NCBI GenBank assembly: GCA_030262895.1
Contig: JAJSZW010000003.1
Location: forward strand, 3,076-67,075
Direction of reading: 5' to 3'
DNA from: Deltaproteobacteria bacterium
GTDB taxonomy: Bacteria; Desulfobacterota; Desulfobacteria; Desulfobacterales; ETH-SRB1
DNA: 64,000 nt
Shown here: piece after piece, positions 1 through 8,206 of the stretch
Numbering within the stretch: the first letter of the stretch is position 1
Layout of the letters: every line of letters starts with the position of its first letter
The notes under the pieces: model-generated
Database searches by the model: none
What the model saw: only the letters and a program-made list of their open reading frames with translations
What the model was told of the DNA's origin: nothing
Made by a program: the position numbers and the translations under genes

Positions 1-1
1 C

Positions 2-406
2 AATACAAGGAATTCTATTCTTGTAATAAACAAGTCGGATTTGTTTTCAGATAGGCATAAGGTCAATACGCCGGATAGCTGGAGAAAAATGCCCGGAGTA
101 GAAATTTCAGCTCTTTATAGCAGGGGTCTTGACGAGCTTAAGGATTTAATTGTAAAGATTTCGCTTGGAGAAAACAGCTTTGACCCCCAGGCTGTGATAA
201 TTCCAAACTTGAGACACAAGCTGATACTTGATCGATGCTTGGTCTCGCTTTGCTCAGCCGTTGATGGGCTTAATCGTGGATTACCTCTTGAGCTGATTGC
301 CATTGATGTTAAAGAAGTGGTTGGTTTGCTTGGCGAAATAACGGGGGGTTCTGTTAATAACGACGTTATAGATCAAATCTTCAGCAGATTTTGTATTGGG
401 AAATAG
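2..406 (+). CDS. mnmE: tRNA modification GTPase MnmE, C-terminal part (5' end outside window)
   Basis: Frame is open from base 2 (..ILVINKSDL = GTPase NKxD box). It ends in the MnmE-type C-terminal FCIGK. Listed ORF 41..406 is the same frame. Confidence 0.9.
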   Translation, partial: NTRNSILVINKSDLFSDRHKVNTPDSWRKMPGVEISALYSRGLDELKDLIVKISLGENSFDPQAVIIPNLRHKLILDRCLVSLCSAVDGLNRGLPLELIAIDVKEVVGLLGEITGGSVNNDVIDQIFSRFCIGK

Positions 407-516
407 TGTTTCACGTGAAACAATTATGCGGCAGATATCGAACGGTTCAACAGGGGGTAAATATTTGACAGGATAACAGGATGTACAAGATATAAATCCA
501 GTTAATCAAAACCATC

Positions 517-827
517 TATAGACTTTCAGACAATTTATTTCATAAGGTTAGAAGGAAAAATCTGAGTAAGTCGCGCTGATGTGTACGTCGTCGAGGGTTT
601 TGGCTGTTAACACAGTGAAATTATTTGAGTGTAACCAAAATAGAACAATACCACGTTGATGAACCCAGGATTTTCTGGATTAAAGGATAGATAAAATCCA
701 ACTATTTGTTGTGAAAACAATAAGTAATGCCCTTTTACTCCTGTTAAAGATGGTTCAAACAATTGGCAAAAATAGATAACTTTGTTCTATCTTGGTTACA
801 CTCAAATTACTTATCTGAAAGTCTATA
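517..827. repeat. MITE-like element, family A (termini tatagactttcaga.aa / ttatctgaaagtctata), interrupted by a second element
   Basis: Same termini and internal sequence (aggaaaaatctgagtaagtcg..gtgtacgtcgtcgagg..) as 59475-59599 and 40919-41024. This copy is about 185 bp longer because of a nested insert. Confidence 0.85.
624..806. repeat. Nested MITE-like element with 25-bp terminal inverted repeats
   Basis: tttgagtgtaaccaaaatagaacaa at 624-648 matches the reverse complement of ttgttctatcttggttacactcaaa at 782-806 with one mismatch. It sits exactly where the other family A copies read gaaattatttatctg. Confidence 0.8.
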
Positions 828-1009
828 TCACAATCCAGCCTGTACCGTGATAATACGTAATATAAAGAAGTGAAGGATCTAAACCAAGTTCAACAGGATG
901 AAAAAATTATCATGTCAATCCTGTTTATTCGGTCAAAAAAATATATGAACCATTACAAAAAATCGCAACGCTAAATCAGCATTAATGCCGATTTGTAAAG
1001 GAGACAGTT

Positions 1010-1708
1010 ATGGATATAGATTTTACGCCTTTTTTTAAACAATACGAAGAAGTTTTAGCAATGGCCGACAAGGTGTTTGAGCGTGTAAAAAATGAGCATT
1101 CGGAATGCGTTAAATGTGAAACAAAGTGTTCAGATTGCTGTAACGCACTCTTTGACCTTTATCTCATTGAGGCATTATATATAAATGATAAATTCAATAA
1201 AAAGTTTAAGGATGGCGAAAGGGAGCGGCTTATTGAGAAGTCAAACATAGCAGACCGAACAATATATAAGCTTAAAAGAAAAGCATATAAAGATCTTGAG
1301 TCAGGAAAAGATGAGAATGAGCTATTGACTAAAATGGCGGAGGAGCGTGTAAGGTGCCCCCTTCTTAATGATGATGATATGTGTGATCTTTATGAACACA
1401 GGCCAATAACCTGCAGGCTTTATGGAATACCAATATCTATAGGCGGAGTCAGCCATACCTGCGGTCTCTCGGCTTTTGCTGAGGGCAAACAGTATCCAAC
1501 AGTTAATCTGGAAAAAATACACAATAAGCTTTACGAAATATCTGTTGAATTGGTTAAAGTGATTAAATCCAGGCATGTAAAACTGGCAGATGTTATAGTT
1601 CCTTTATCCATGGCGCTTCTTACTATATATGATGAAGAGTATCTGGGGGTTGGCGATATTAATAGAGGCGACATCAAAGATAAACAAGAAGGAGAGGGAA
1701 ATGACTAA
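1010..1708 (+). CDS. YkgJ-family (CxxCxxCC, UPF0153) cysteine-cluster protein
   Basis: CVKCETKCSDCC motif near the N-terminus and CPLL..MCDLYEHRPITCRLYG downstream. SD-like aaggagac lies before the ATG. Confidence 0.8.
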   Translation: MDIDFTPFFKQYEEVLAMADKVFERVKNEHSECVKCETKCSDCCNALFDLYLIEALYINDKFNKKFKDGERERLIEKSNIADRTIYKLKRKAYKDLESGKDENELLTKMAEERVRCPLLNDDDMCDLYEHRPITCRLYGIPISIGGVSHTCGLSAFAEGKQYPTVNLEKIHNKLYEISVELVKVIKSRHVKLADVIVPLSMALLTIYDEEYLGVGDINRGDIKDKQEGEGND

Positions 1709-2051
1709 AATATCGCCCGAAGAAGAAGAAAAAAGAAAAAAAGCTATCTTTGATAGCATGTCTCCACGAAATCAGAAACATATCCTGAAAAAGGGATTTG
1801 ACAAATGGGATCCTTTCCAGGAACCAAAAGATCCTATAGATATCAGGAAAGATACAACAAAAAGAACTTCTCAAATGCTGATAAGAGAGTTTTTGCAGTC
1901 GAAAGATCAGGAAACTTACAGCAATGCATTCGGAAATGGAGTTGTCGAAATTTGTCTTGGAGTTATCAATGATGATGATAAATATTGGGGAATGTATGAA
2001 TTTTCATGCTGGTATCGGGATCTGCTGCTAAAGGAGGGGCATAATAAATAG
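1701..2051 (+). CDS. hypothetical protein (116 aa)
   Basis: Listed ORF 1629..2051. I prefer the ATG at 1701, which is preceded by ggagaggg and overlaps the upstream stop by 8 nt. No family recognised. Confidence 0.6.
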   Translation: MTKISPEEEEKRKKAIFDSMSPRNQKHILKKGFDKWDPFQEPKDPIDIRKDTTKRTSQMLIREFLQSKDQETYSNAFGNGVVEICLGVINDDDKYWGMYEFSCWYRDLLLKEGHNK

Positions 2052-2067
2052 CTTTATACGACAACAA

Positions 2068-2136
2068 TTTCAAGGGTTTTTGCGAGACCTTTGCATGAGC
2101 GGGAATTGAGTTGATTTCACACAAAAACCCTTGAAA
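2068..2136. terminator. 15-bp perfect-stem hairpin between convergent genes, followed by a T-rich run
   Basis: tttcaagggtttttg (2068-2082) pairs with caaaaacccttgaaa (2122-2136). ttttattggttttt follows. Confidence 0.5.
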
Positions 2137-2156
2137 ATTTTATTGGTTTTTAAAAA

Positions 2157-2636
2157 TTAGCTACAAAGAGAGAAAACATCCCCACTCACTTTCCATTTGC
2201 CATCTTCCATAATTAGATCAAATGTCTTATCAACCTTCCGGCTGGATTCTTTGGTAAAGAATGCGCGTAATGGGTGCTTTATTTCACAGGTTAATTTGAT
2301 TTGCGCTTTGTTTTCATCTTTACTGATAGTATTGGTTTGGACATGATAAAGGTAGTTCTTAACAAAAAATGGCCTGAACCCTTCAGTTTTGGCTTTTGTG
2401 GTAACACAAGAAATATATTTATCAACAACATTAACACCGTCAACTATCAAGCTTTCTTGACAGAGCCGATCAGCCATTGAGCTATCGAGCCCAAAATATG
2501 CCTTGGTAAATTCGGTGGCAGCCTTATTGGGTGAGTCACTATTTTGCGCATAAACAAACATTACCTGTAAAAAGAATGCAATTACCACAACAACTGTTGT
2601 TGCAATTATTATAGAGCCTTTGTTGCTGTCAGCCAT
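2157..2636 (-). CDS. hypothetical membrane-anchored protein
   Basis: Internal ATG at 2636 is preceded by aaggaggag. The N-terminus MADSNKGSIIIATTVVVVIAFFL is a TM/signal anchor. The longer listed ORF upstream runs through AT-rich promoter-like sequence. Confidence 0.65.
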   Translation of the reverse strand: MADSNKGSIIIATTVVVVIAFFLQVMFVYAQNSDSPNKAATEFTKAYFGLDSSMADRLCQESLIVDGVNVVDKYISCVTTKAKTEGFRPFFVKNYLYHVQTNTISKDENKAQIKLTCEIKHPLRAFFTKESSRKVDKTFDLIMEDGKWKVSGDVFSLCS

Positions 2637-2767
2637 GGATTTCTCCTCCTTTTGAACTTTGATTCTCAATGTAATTTTAAAACATAGTACTATAAAACCA
2701 ATTTTAATAATTAAATAAAATTTTCTACTATCATGAATTATATTAATAGACAAGTGTTTTTAATTTT

Positions 2768-3084
2768 AACCTAAATTGAGCGGTTTTTTACTCGATCTGC
2801 ACCAATCTCTTGCGCATCAAGGACTTGCGAAAAGCCTCGACATATCCATTGGTATGCCTGTACTTTTCGCAAGGCTATGTTCGCGTTAAGTGTGGAATTT
2901 CTAAAATCTCTGTTTTTTTCAATAGGTTATCAATACAGTAAAATATTGCTCAAAGTGATACAAATCAACTGTTCAAAAGATTTGATTATTTTTTTCCACA
3001 CTTAACGCGAACATAGCCTTTCGCAAACCTTGCTGCATCAAGATCTTGGCACATTTCTTCGCAAAAAACCGCTCAACTTAGGTT
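2768..3084. repeat. Large composite palindromic element (about 317 bp)
   Basis: Outer arms aacctaaattgagcggtttttt / aaaaaaccgctcaacttaggtt and inner arms ggctatgttcgcgttaagtgtggaa / ttccacacttaacgcgaacatagcc. A partial arm copy lies at 33689-33740. Confidence 0.85.
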
Positions 3085-3179
3085 TAATGATTTTTCTGCA
3101 TTGACAAATGGCATCGCAAGGGCTATTTTAAGGGTTACCTGAATTTTTAATTCGGACAATTTTGTTGAGTTTAACTATT

Positions 3180-3316
3180 GCCCGAACGAAAAATAGAAAA
3201 TTTTTTCAAGTTCAAGGAAGGCGCAAATTTTAACCGCAGGAATACATGGAGCATTTCGAGGCTTAAAATTTAAGCCTGACGCAGAAATTGGGAAAATTAG
3301 CAGTTTTCGTTCAGGC
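3180..3316. repeat. MITE-like element, family D
   Basis: Termini gcccgaacgaaaa / ttttcgttcaggc. The core aaccgcaggaata..atttcgagg is shared with 28964-29144. Confidence 0.65.
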
Positions 3317-3346
3317 ACTAACTACGCATAATTTAGGGAGGATATA

Positions 3347-3661
3347 ATGCTTGAAGTTACAGAAGCAGCTACAGTAAAGATAGCTGACTATTTTAAAGGC
3401 AGAGAGGTTGCACCTATTCGGATCTTTTTGAATGAGGGTGGTTGAGGAGGCCCTTCTTTATCAATGGCTCTGGATGAGCTCAAAGATACAGACGACATAT
3501 ATACTGTAGAGAATTTTCAGTATATTGTTAATAAGGATTTTATGGAGAAGGTTAAACCTATAAAGGTTGATTTTACGGCTTTTGGATTTAAGGTTTCATC
3601 GGGAGTTGATTATAGCGCAGGGTGCTCAAGCTGCAGCACAACAGGATCCTGCTGTTCCTGA
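3347..3661 (+). CDS. HesB/IscA-like protein with in-frame UGA at 3443-3445 (probable selenocysteine)
   Basis: ATG at 3347 follows agggagga. 32 codons (MLEVTEAATVKIADYFKGREVAPIRIFLNEGG) run into TGA and continue in the same frame as listed ORF 3464..3661. UGA lies in GG-U-GG, where IscA/HesB proteins have GGCSG. Confidence 0.7.
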
Positions 3662-3673
3662 AATGCATCCGAA

Positions 3674-3716
3674 TAAAAAAAGGGCAATATTGTTTTTTGA
3701 TATTGCCCTTTTTTTG
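3674..3716. terminator. Rho-independent terminator, potentially bidirectional
   Basis: aagggcaatat / atattgccctt 11-bp stem with an A-run upstream and a T-run downstream, directly after the stop at 3659-3661. Confidence 0.8.
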
Positions 3717-3734
3717 TTCAACTTAGGTTATAAT

Positions 3735-3834
3735 GTGACCACTCACGTAGTCAGGTTTTTGCACCAAACATGGCTTCAAAATGCGCTTTTTCCTAACAGT
3801 CTTCAGCCTTCAGCCTATCCACCTGAGTAGTTAC
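3735..3834. repeat. MITE-like element, family B (termini gtaactactcaggt.. / ..cgtgagt.gtcac), short copy
   Basis: The reverse complement matches the first about 85 nt and the end of the copy at 63623-63795. It overlaps the 3' end of cobA/hemD. Confidence 0.85.
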
Positions 3835-5355
3835 GTTATAATAATCTAAGATAGCTTCACATAGTCCTGGTATAGTAAAAGAATTTGCAACAATGTGAAC
3901 GTCAAATCCAAGATTTTTTGCGGTATCAGCGGTTATGGGGCCAATGCAGGCAATAGTTATATCTTTCATCTGAGTCTCAAAAATATTGTCAGGTAAAATA
4001 GATTTGAAGTTTTTTACAGTTGAAGAACTTGTAAATGTTATAAGATCTATTGTGTTTTCTTTAAGTCGTTTCAATAATAGATCAGCAGAATCCGGGACCT
4101 CTTTGGTATAATACGATGTTATCTCATCAACAGCAGCCCCCATCTTTGTCAGCTCAACAGGAAGGATGGGCCTTGCTTCTTTTGCCCGTGGCAGGAGTAT
4201 CTTTTTCCCGTTTACATCTTCATTGCCGAAAGCCTCAATAATTGACTCAGCTCTGTAACTTTTGGGTACAATATCGCTTTTTAATCCAAATTTAAAAAGT
4301 TTTCTTTCAGTTGCAGGCCCTATTACCGCAATGTTTAATTTACTTAAGACACGTACATCCTTACTTTTCGCAAAAAGTCGTTCGAAAAAGTAATTTACAC
4401 CATTGACACTAGTAAAAACCAGCCAGTCATAGGAAGAAATATTTTCAATTGCCGCATCAAGGGGCTTCCAGTCATCAGGCGGGACCACTTTTATTGTAGG
4501 ACATTCCAAACACTCTGCCCCAAGATCTGAGAGCAGTTTAACCAGGTCACTAGCCTGTTCCCGGGCCCGGGTTACTACAATTCTTTTTCCCATCAATGGA
4601 CGATTTTCAAACCAGCTCATTTTTTTTCTTAACTTAACAACATTTCCAACAACAATGATAGCCGGAGGTTTAAGACCGATACTTTTTACACGTTCATTTA
4701 TATTTTCAAGGGTTCCTGTAACAGCGAACTGTCTGGGCGTTGTCCCCCATCGAACAAGGGCAACAGGTGTGTCAGAAGGCATACCATAATTAATAAGCTG
4801 ACTTGTAATTTTCGGCAGGTTTTTAACTCCCATAAGAAAAACAATTGTTCCAATACCTTTTGCCAATGCCGACCAGTCGATATTAGACTCCTCTTTGGTT
4901 GGGTCCTCATGGCCGGTTACAAATGCAACTGTAGCCGTAAATTTTCTGTGAGTCAGAGGAATTCCGGCATATGCAGGAGCCGCTATTGCAGAGGTGACAC
5001 CAGGAACTATCTCAAAAGGAATGCCTTCTTCTATTAAAACTTCCGCTTCTTCAGCTCCACGTCCAAAAATAAAGGGATCACCGCCCTTTAATCGTGTGAC
5101 GATAAAACCCTTGTTAGCCTTTTCGGCTATAAGAGAATTAATTCCATCCTGGGACAGAGTATGATCTCCGCCTTTTTTCCCGACATAGATTATTTCAGCA
5201 GTATTTGAAGCGTAATTTAAAAGAACCGGTGAGGCAAGATAATCATATATCAGAACATCAGCTTGTTTAATACATTCCAGTCCTTTTACTGTAATCAATC
5301 CTGGATCGCCAGGACCCGCACCAACCAGATAGACTTTACCTTTCATAGTTTTCAT
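3793..5355 (-). CDS. cobA: bifunctional uroporphyrinogen-III C-methyltransferase / uroporphyrinogen-III synthase (CobA/HemD fusion)
   Basis: N-terminal VYLVGAGPGDPGLITVKG SUMT signature. The C-terminal half (about 250 aa) is HemD-like. It is adjacent to and overlaps hemC. Confidence 0.9.
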   Translation of the reverse strand: MKTMKGKVYLVGAGPGDPGLITVKGLECIKQADVLIYDYLASPVLLNYASNTAEIIYVGKKGGDHTLSQDGINSLIAEKANKGFIVTRLKGGDPFIFGRGAEEAEVLIEEGIPFEIVPGVTSAIAAPAYAGIPLTHRKFTATVAFVTGHEDPTKEESNIDWSALAKGIGTIVFLMGVKNLPKITSQLINYGMPSDTPVALVRWGTTPRQFAVTGTLENINERVKSIGLKPPAIIVVGNVVKLRKKMSWFENRPLMGKRIVVTRAREQASDLVKLLSDLGAECLECPTIKVVPPDDWKPLDAAIENISSYDWLVFTSVNGVNYFFERLFAKSKDVRVLSKLNIAVIGPATERKLFKFGLKSDIVPKSYRAESIIEAFGNEDVNGKKILLPRAKEARPILPVELTKMGAAVDEITSYYTKEVPDSADLLLKRLKENTIDLITFTSSSTVKNFKSILPDNIFETQMKDITIACIGPITADTAKNLGFDVHIVANSFTIPGLCEAILDYYNVTTQVDRLKAEDC

Positions 5356-6283
5356 TTTTTTCCGCTTTTATGTTTTCCAGTATTTTTTTGGCGCCCATAG
5401 AAATAAGGCTATCAGCAAGTTTAACACCAATACTTTCGGATTGCTCAACAGGGCCTGACAAGGTTTTTTTTAAAATGGTTTTTCCATCAATATCAGCAAC
5501 AAGCCCGCTCAGAGTAAATATATATTTTTCAATTGTACCATAGGCGGCTATAGGGACTTGACATCCTCCTTCTAGGCAGTTTGAAAAGGCCCGTTCACCA
5601 ATAACGGCAGACCTTGTTTTTTGATGATCCAAAGCAGTAACTATTGGTTCTATTTCTGCATCGTTTTCCCTGATTTCAATACATAAAGCGCCCTGACCAA
5701 CAGCCGGCAGCATTATGTTTTCATCAAGATATTCGGTTATTCTGCTTTCATAATTAAGGCGTTTAACGCCGGCAGCAGCCAGGATTGTTGCATCCATATT
5801 TTCTGTTTCGAGCTTCTTTAGGCGGGTATCAAGATTGCCCCTTAAAGGCAAGATAACGATATCCGGCCGTGCATGTCGTAGTTGGGCAGAGCGGCGAAGA
5901 CTGCTGGTGCCGATTCTGCTGCCGCTTACGAGTTCAGAGAAGAGAAGACCATTTTTAGAAATAAGAACATCATTGGGCGTTTCGCGCTCGGGCACCGCAC
6001 CTATACACAGGCCCGGGGGTATTTCTGCGGGCATGTCTTTCATGCTGTGAACAGCAAGATCTATTCGCCCATCTAAAAGAGCCTCCTCGATTTCCTTTAC
6101 AAAAAGTCCCTTGCCGCCGACCATGGCAAGGGGTACGTCCAGAATTTTGTCTCCTTTAGTCTTTATAATAATGAGATCGACGGAAAGAGAAGGGTTTATA
6201 GATATTAGAGCGGATTTTACCCAGTTTGCCTGCCAGAGAGCCAGCTTGCTCCCCCTTGTTCCTATTTTAATGCTTTTTTTCAT
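5336..6283 (-). CDS. hemC: porphobilinogen deaminase (hydroxymethylbilane synthase)
   Basis: IKIGTRGSKLALWQA signature. I chose the start at the ATG forming a TAATG overlap with the upstream stop; the listed ORF extends 15 codons further. Confidence 0.9.
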   Translation of the reverse strand: MKKSIKIGTRGSKLALWQANWVKSALISINPSLSVDLIIIKTKGDKILDVPLAMVGGKGLFVKEIEEALLDGRIDLAVHSMKDMPAEIPPGLCIGAVPERETPNDVLISKNGLLFSELVSGSRIGTSSLRRSAQLRHARPDIVILPLRGNLDTRLKKLETENMDATILAAAGVKRLNYESRITEYLDENIMLPAVGQGALCIEIRENDAEIEPIVTALDHQKTRSAVIGERAFSNCLEGGCQVPIAAYGTIEKYIFTLSGLVADIDGKTILKKTLSGPVEQSESIGVKLADSLISMGAKKILENIKAEKNENYER

Positions 6284-6519
6284 TAAAGACCACAGCTCGA
6301 ACAACTTGTTGCCGAGCATCCGCTGCATGATGAATCTGAAGCAGATGTTTTGACAGTTTCACCGCCGCCTCCCTTGCTGACAAAACCGCATTTAGATATC
6401 AGTCTGCCAACCTTCTTGCTTTTGCATAATGGGCAAACCGGATCTTCTTTTCCAAAGACCAGGTACTCAAAATCCTTACTACAATTATTACAATGATATT
6501 CATAAATAGGCATACTCAT
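6283..6519 (-). CDS. FmdB-family zinc-ribbon protein (CxxC_CxxC_SSSS)
   Basis: MPIYEYHCNNCSKDFE..CPLCKS followed by a Ser/Cys-rich tail. Confidence 0.85.
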   Translation of the reverse strand: MSMPIYEYHCNNCSKDFEYLVFGKEDPVCPLCKSKKVGRLISKCGFVSKGGGGETVKTSASDSSCSGCSATSCSSCGL

Positions 6520-6548
6520 TTCTCCTAACTATCAAATCGAAAATTTTT

Positions 6549-6623
6549 AGCCATTAGCCATTAGCCATTAGCTTAAAAAATCAAACAGATAACACATTCA
6601 GCTAAGAGCTGACAGCTAATGGC
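6549..6623. repeat. Heptamer microsatellite (agccatt x3) with an inverted partner
   Basis: agccattagccattagccattagc at 6549-6572 and gctaatggc at 6615-6623. cagctaagagct in between resembles family C elements. Confidence 0.7.
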
Positions 6624-6667
6624 AAATAGCTTTTTCACAAAACACAATAAGCATCAATGTTTTAAAA

Positions 6668-7618
6668 TCAATCAGATATTTTTTCAATCACTCCTGCTGC
6701 GATCAGCGGCAGCATTATTTCATGATGGCCTACAAGGTTAAAACCCTGCCCCCCTTTTGCTGTCGGCCGGTTAACAACGTTGGTCATTGGGCGGTAATGT
6801 CTTATGAAATCCATATTAACGCTGGTAAAATTTTCCAGATTATGGCCAAGATTTCGTACCAGGGTTACTGCCTTTAAAAAAACTTCCGGAAGCATTACGG
6901 CGGATCCGATATTCATGTAAACTCCGCCTTCAATTGTGGCGATTATCGATGCAAATGTCCTGAAATCTCTATGGGTTGCTCCACCAGTCTCTTTAGGATC
7001 AAATTCGGGGTGCATATGAATAATGTCTGTTCCAACAGCAACATGGACGGTTACCGGGATGCCCAGGCGATAGCCGGCGGCAAGTATACTTTTATCCATA
7101 AGGGGCAGTTTGTTTTCATTGATGGATTGTCCCACAGCATCCCCGAGTCCTGTTGATTTTTTCCCTGCTTTTTTTATGGCCTCACATAAAAAGGAGCATG
7201 TCTCATGAGCCATTCCGAAACTTCCGTTTCCTATTGATGCAGCAACATCTTCAGATGTTTTTCCTGTCATGGCGACTTCCAAATCATGAATTATGCATGC
7301 TCCGTTCATCGCAACTGCTGTAACAACCCCGCGTTCCATAAGGTCAATAATAATAGGGTTCAAACCTGTTTTTATGACATGAGCGCCCATGGCGAATACT
7401 ATTGTTTTTTTCTTCTTAAAAGCGCTTACAATAGAAGAAATGACTGCATTTATATGCCTGCCGGCAAGAATGTTCGGCAGATTATCAAGGAAATCATTAA
7501 TACAAGATCCCTTTACCCAGGTTTTTGCAAAATCATCTGAGGATACTTTGCTTTTTCGTTCCGACAGAGGATAGGTTCGCAATTGGCTTAAGTCTATAGG
7601 TTTAAATGATCGTGGCAT
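6668..7618 (-). CDS. deoxyhypusine-synthase-like family protein (tentative)
   Basis: GAHVIKTGLNPIIIDLMERGVVTAVAMNGA..IHD resembles the DHS-family NAD-binding core. The family assignment is from memory of the motif only. Confidence 0.55.
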   Translation of the reverse strand: MPRSFKPIDLSQLRTYPLSERKSKVSSDDFAKTWVKGSCINDFLDNLPNILAGRHINAVISSIVSAFKKKKTIVFAMGAHVIKTGLNPIIIDLMERGVVTAVAMNGACIIHDLEVAMTGKTSEDVAASIGNGSFGMAHETCSFLCEAIKKAGKKSTGLGDAVGQSINENKLPLMDKSILAAGYRLGIPVTVHVAVGTDIIHMHPEFDPKETGGATHRDFRTFASIIATIEGGVYMNIGSAVMLPEVFLKAVTLVRNLGHNLENFTSVNMDFIRHYRPMTNVVNRPTAKGGQGFNLVGHHEIMLPLIAAGVIEKISD

Positions 7619-7636
7619 TTTTGCTTTGATGTCCTT

Positions 7637-8206
7637 TTATTGAGGGAACAGAATTCTTTCAACAAGTTCGCAAAGAATATGCCCCAATGTTATATGTGCT
7701 TCTTGAATTCTTGCAGTTGCGCCGGATTCAACTGAAAATACCAGATCAGCACATTCAGCCAGTTTCCCGCCGTTACCCATTATTCCTATTGTTAAAAGTT
7801 CCATGTTTTTTGCTGTATTTATTGCTTTAATTACATTTTTCGAATTGCCGCTGGTACTGATACCGATAGCAATATCGTCTTTTTTGCCCAGAGCCATTAC
7901 CTGCTTGGCAAATATTTCATCAAAATGATAGTCATTGCCGATACTTGTTATTATTGATGTGTCGGTTGTCAGGGCAATGGCAGGGAGAGGAGGTCGTTCA
8001 ATTTGAAAACGGTTTACAAATTCCGCCGCAATATGCTGGGCATCTGCCGCGCTTCCACCATTGCCGAAAATAAGAATTTTGTGGCCGGAGGCAATGTTCA
8101 TGGCTATCATGTCAGCGCCTTTTATAATCAGATCTATATTGTTTTTTATAAACCTGTCTTTAACTTCTATGCTTTGTTGCAGTATGTTCAGGATAGTATC
8201 TTTCAT
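7637..8206 (-). CDS. gmhA: SIS-domain sedoheptulose-7-phosphate isomerase (GmhA/DiaA family)
   Basis: ILIFGNGGSAADAQHIAAEFVNRF and SGNSKNV motifs. ATGA overlap with the upstream gene. Confidence 0.8.
   Translation of the reverse strand: MKDTILNILQQSIEVKDRFIKNNIDLIIKGADMIAMNIASGHKILIFGNGGSAADAQHIAAEFVNRFQIERPPLPAIALTTDTSIITSIGNDYHFDEIFAKQVMALGKKDDIAIGISTSGNSKNVIKAINTAKNMELLTIGIMGNGGKLAECADLVFSVESGATARIQEAHITLGHILCELVERILFPQ

Noticed and set aside
3047-3062. Sigma-54-like string tggcacatttcttcgc upstream of the selenoprotein gene
   Set aside because: The -12 element reads TTCGC rather than TTGC. It lies about 285 nt from the ATG inside a repeat arm, and the other arm does not keep it. It is probably fortuitous.
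3567-3830. 87-aa ORF overlapping the 3' end of the HesB-like gene
   Set aside because: It runs through a strong rho-independent terminator (3674-3716) and into a family B repeat. It is an out-of-frame artefact.
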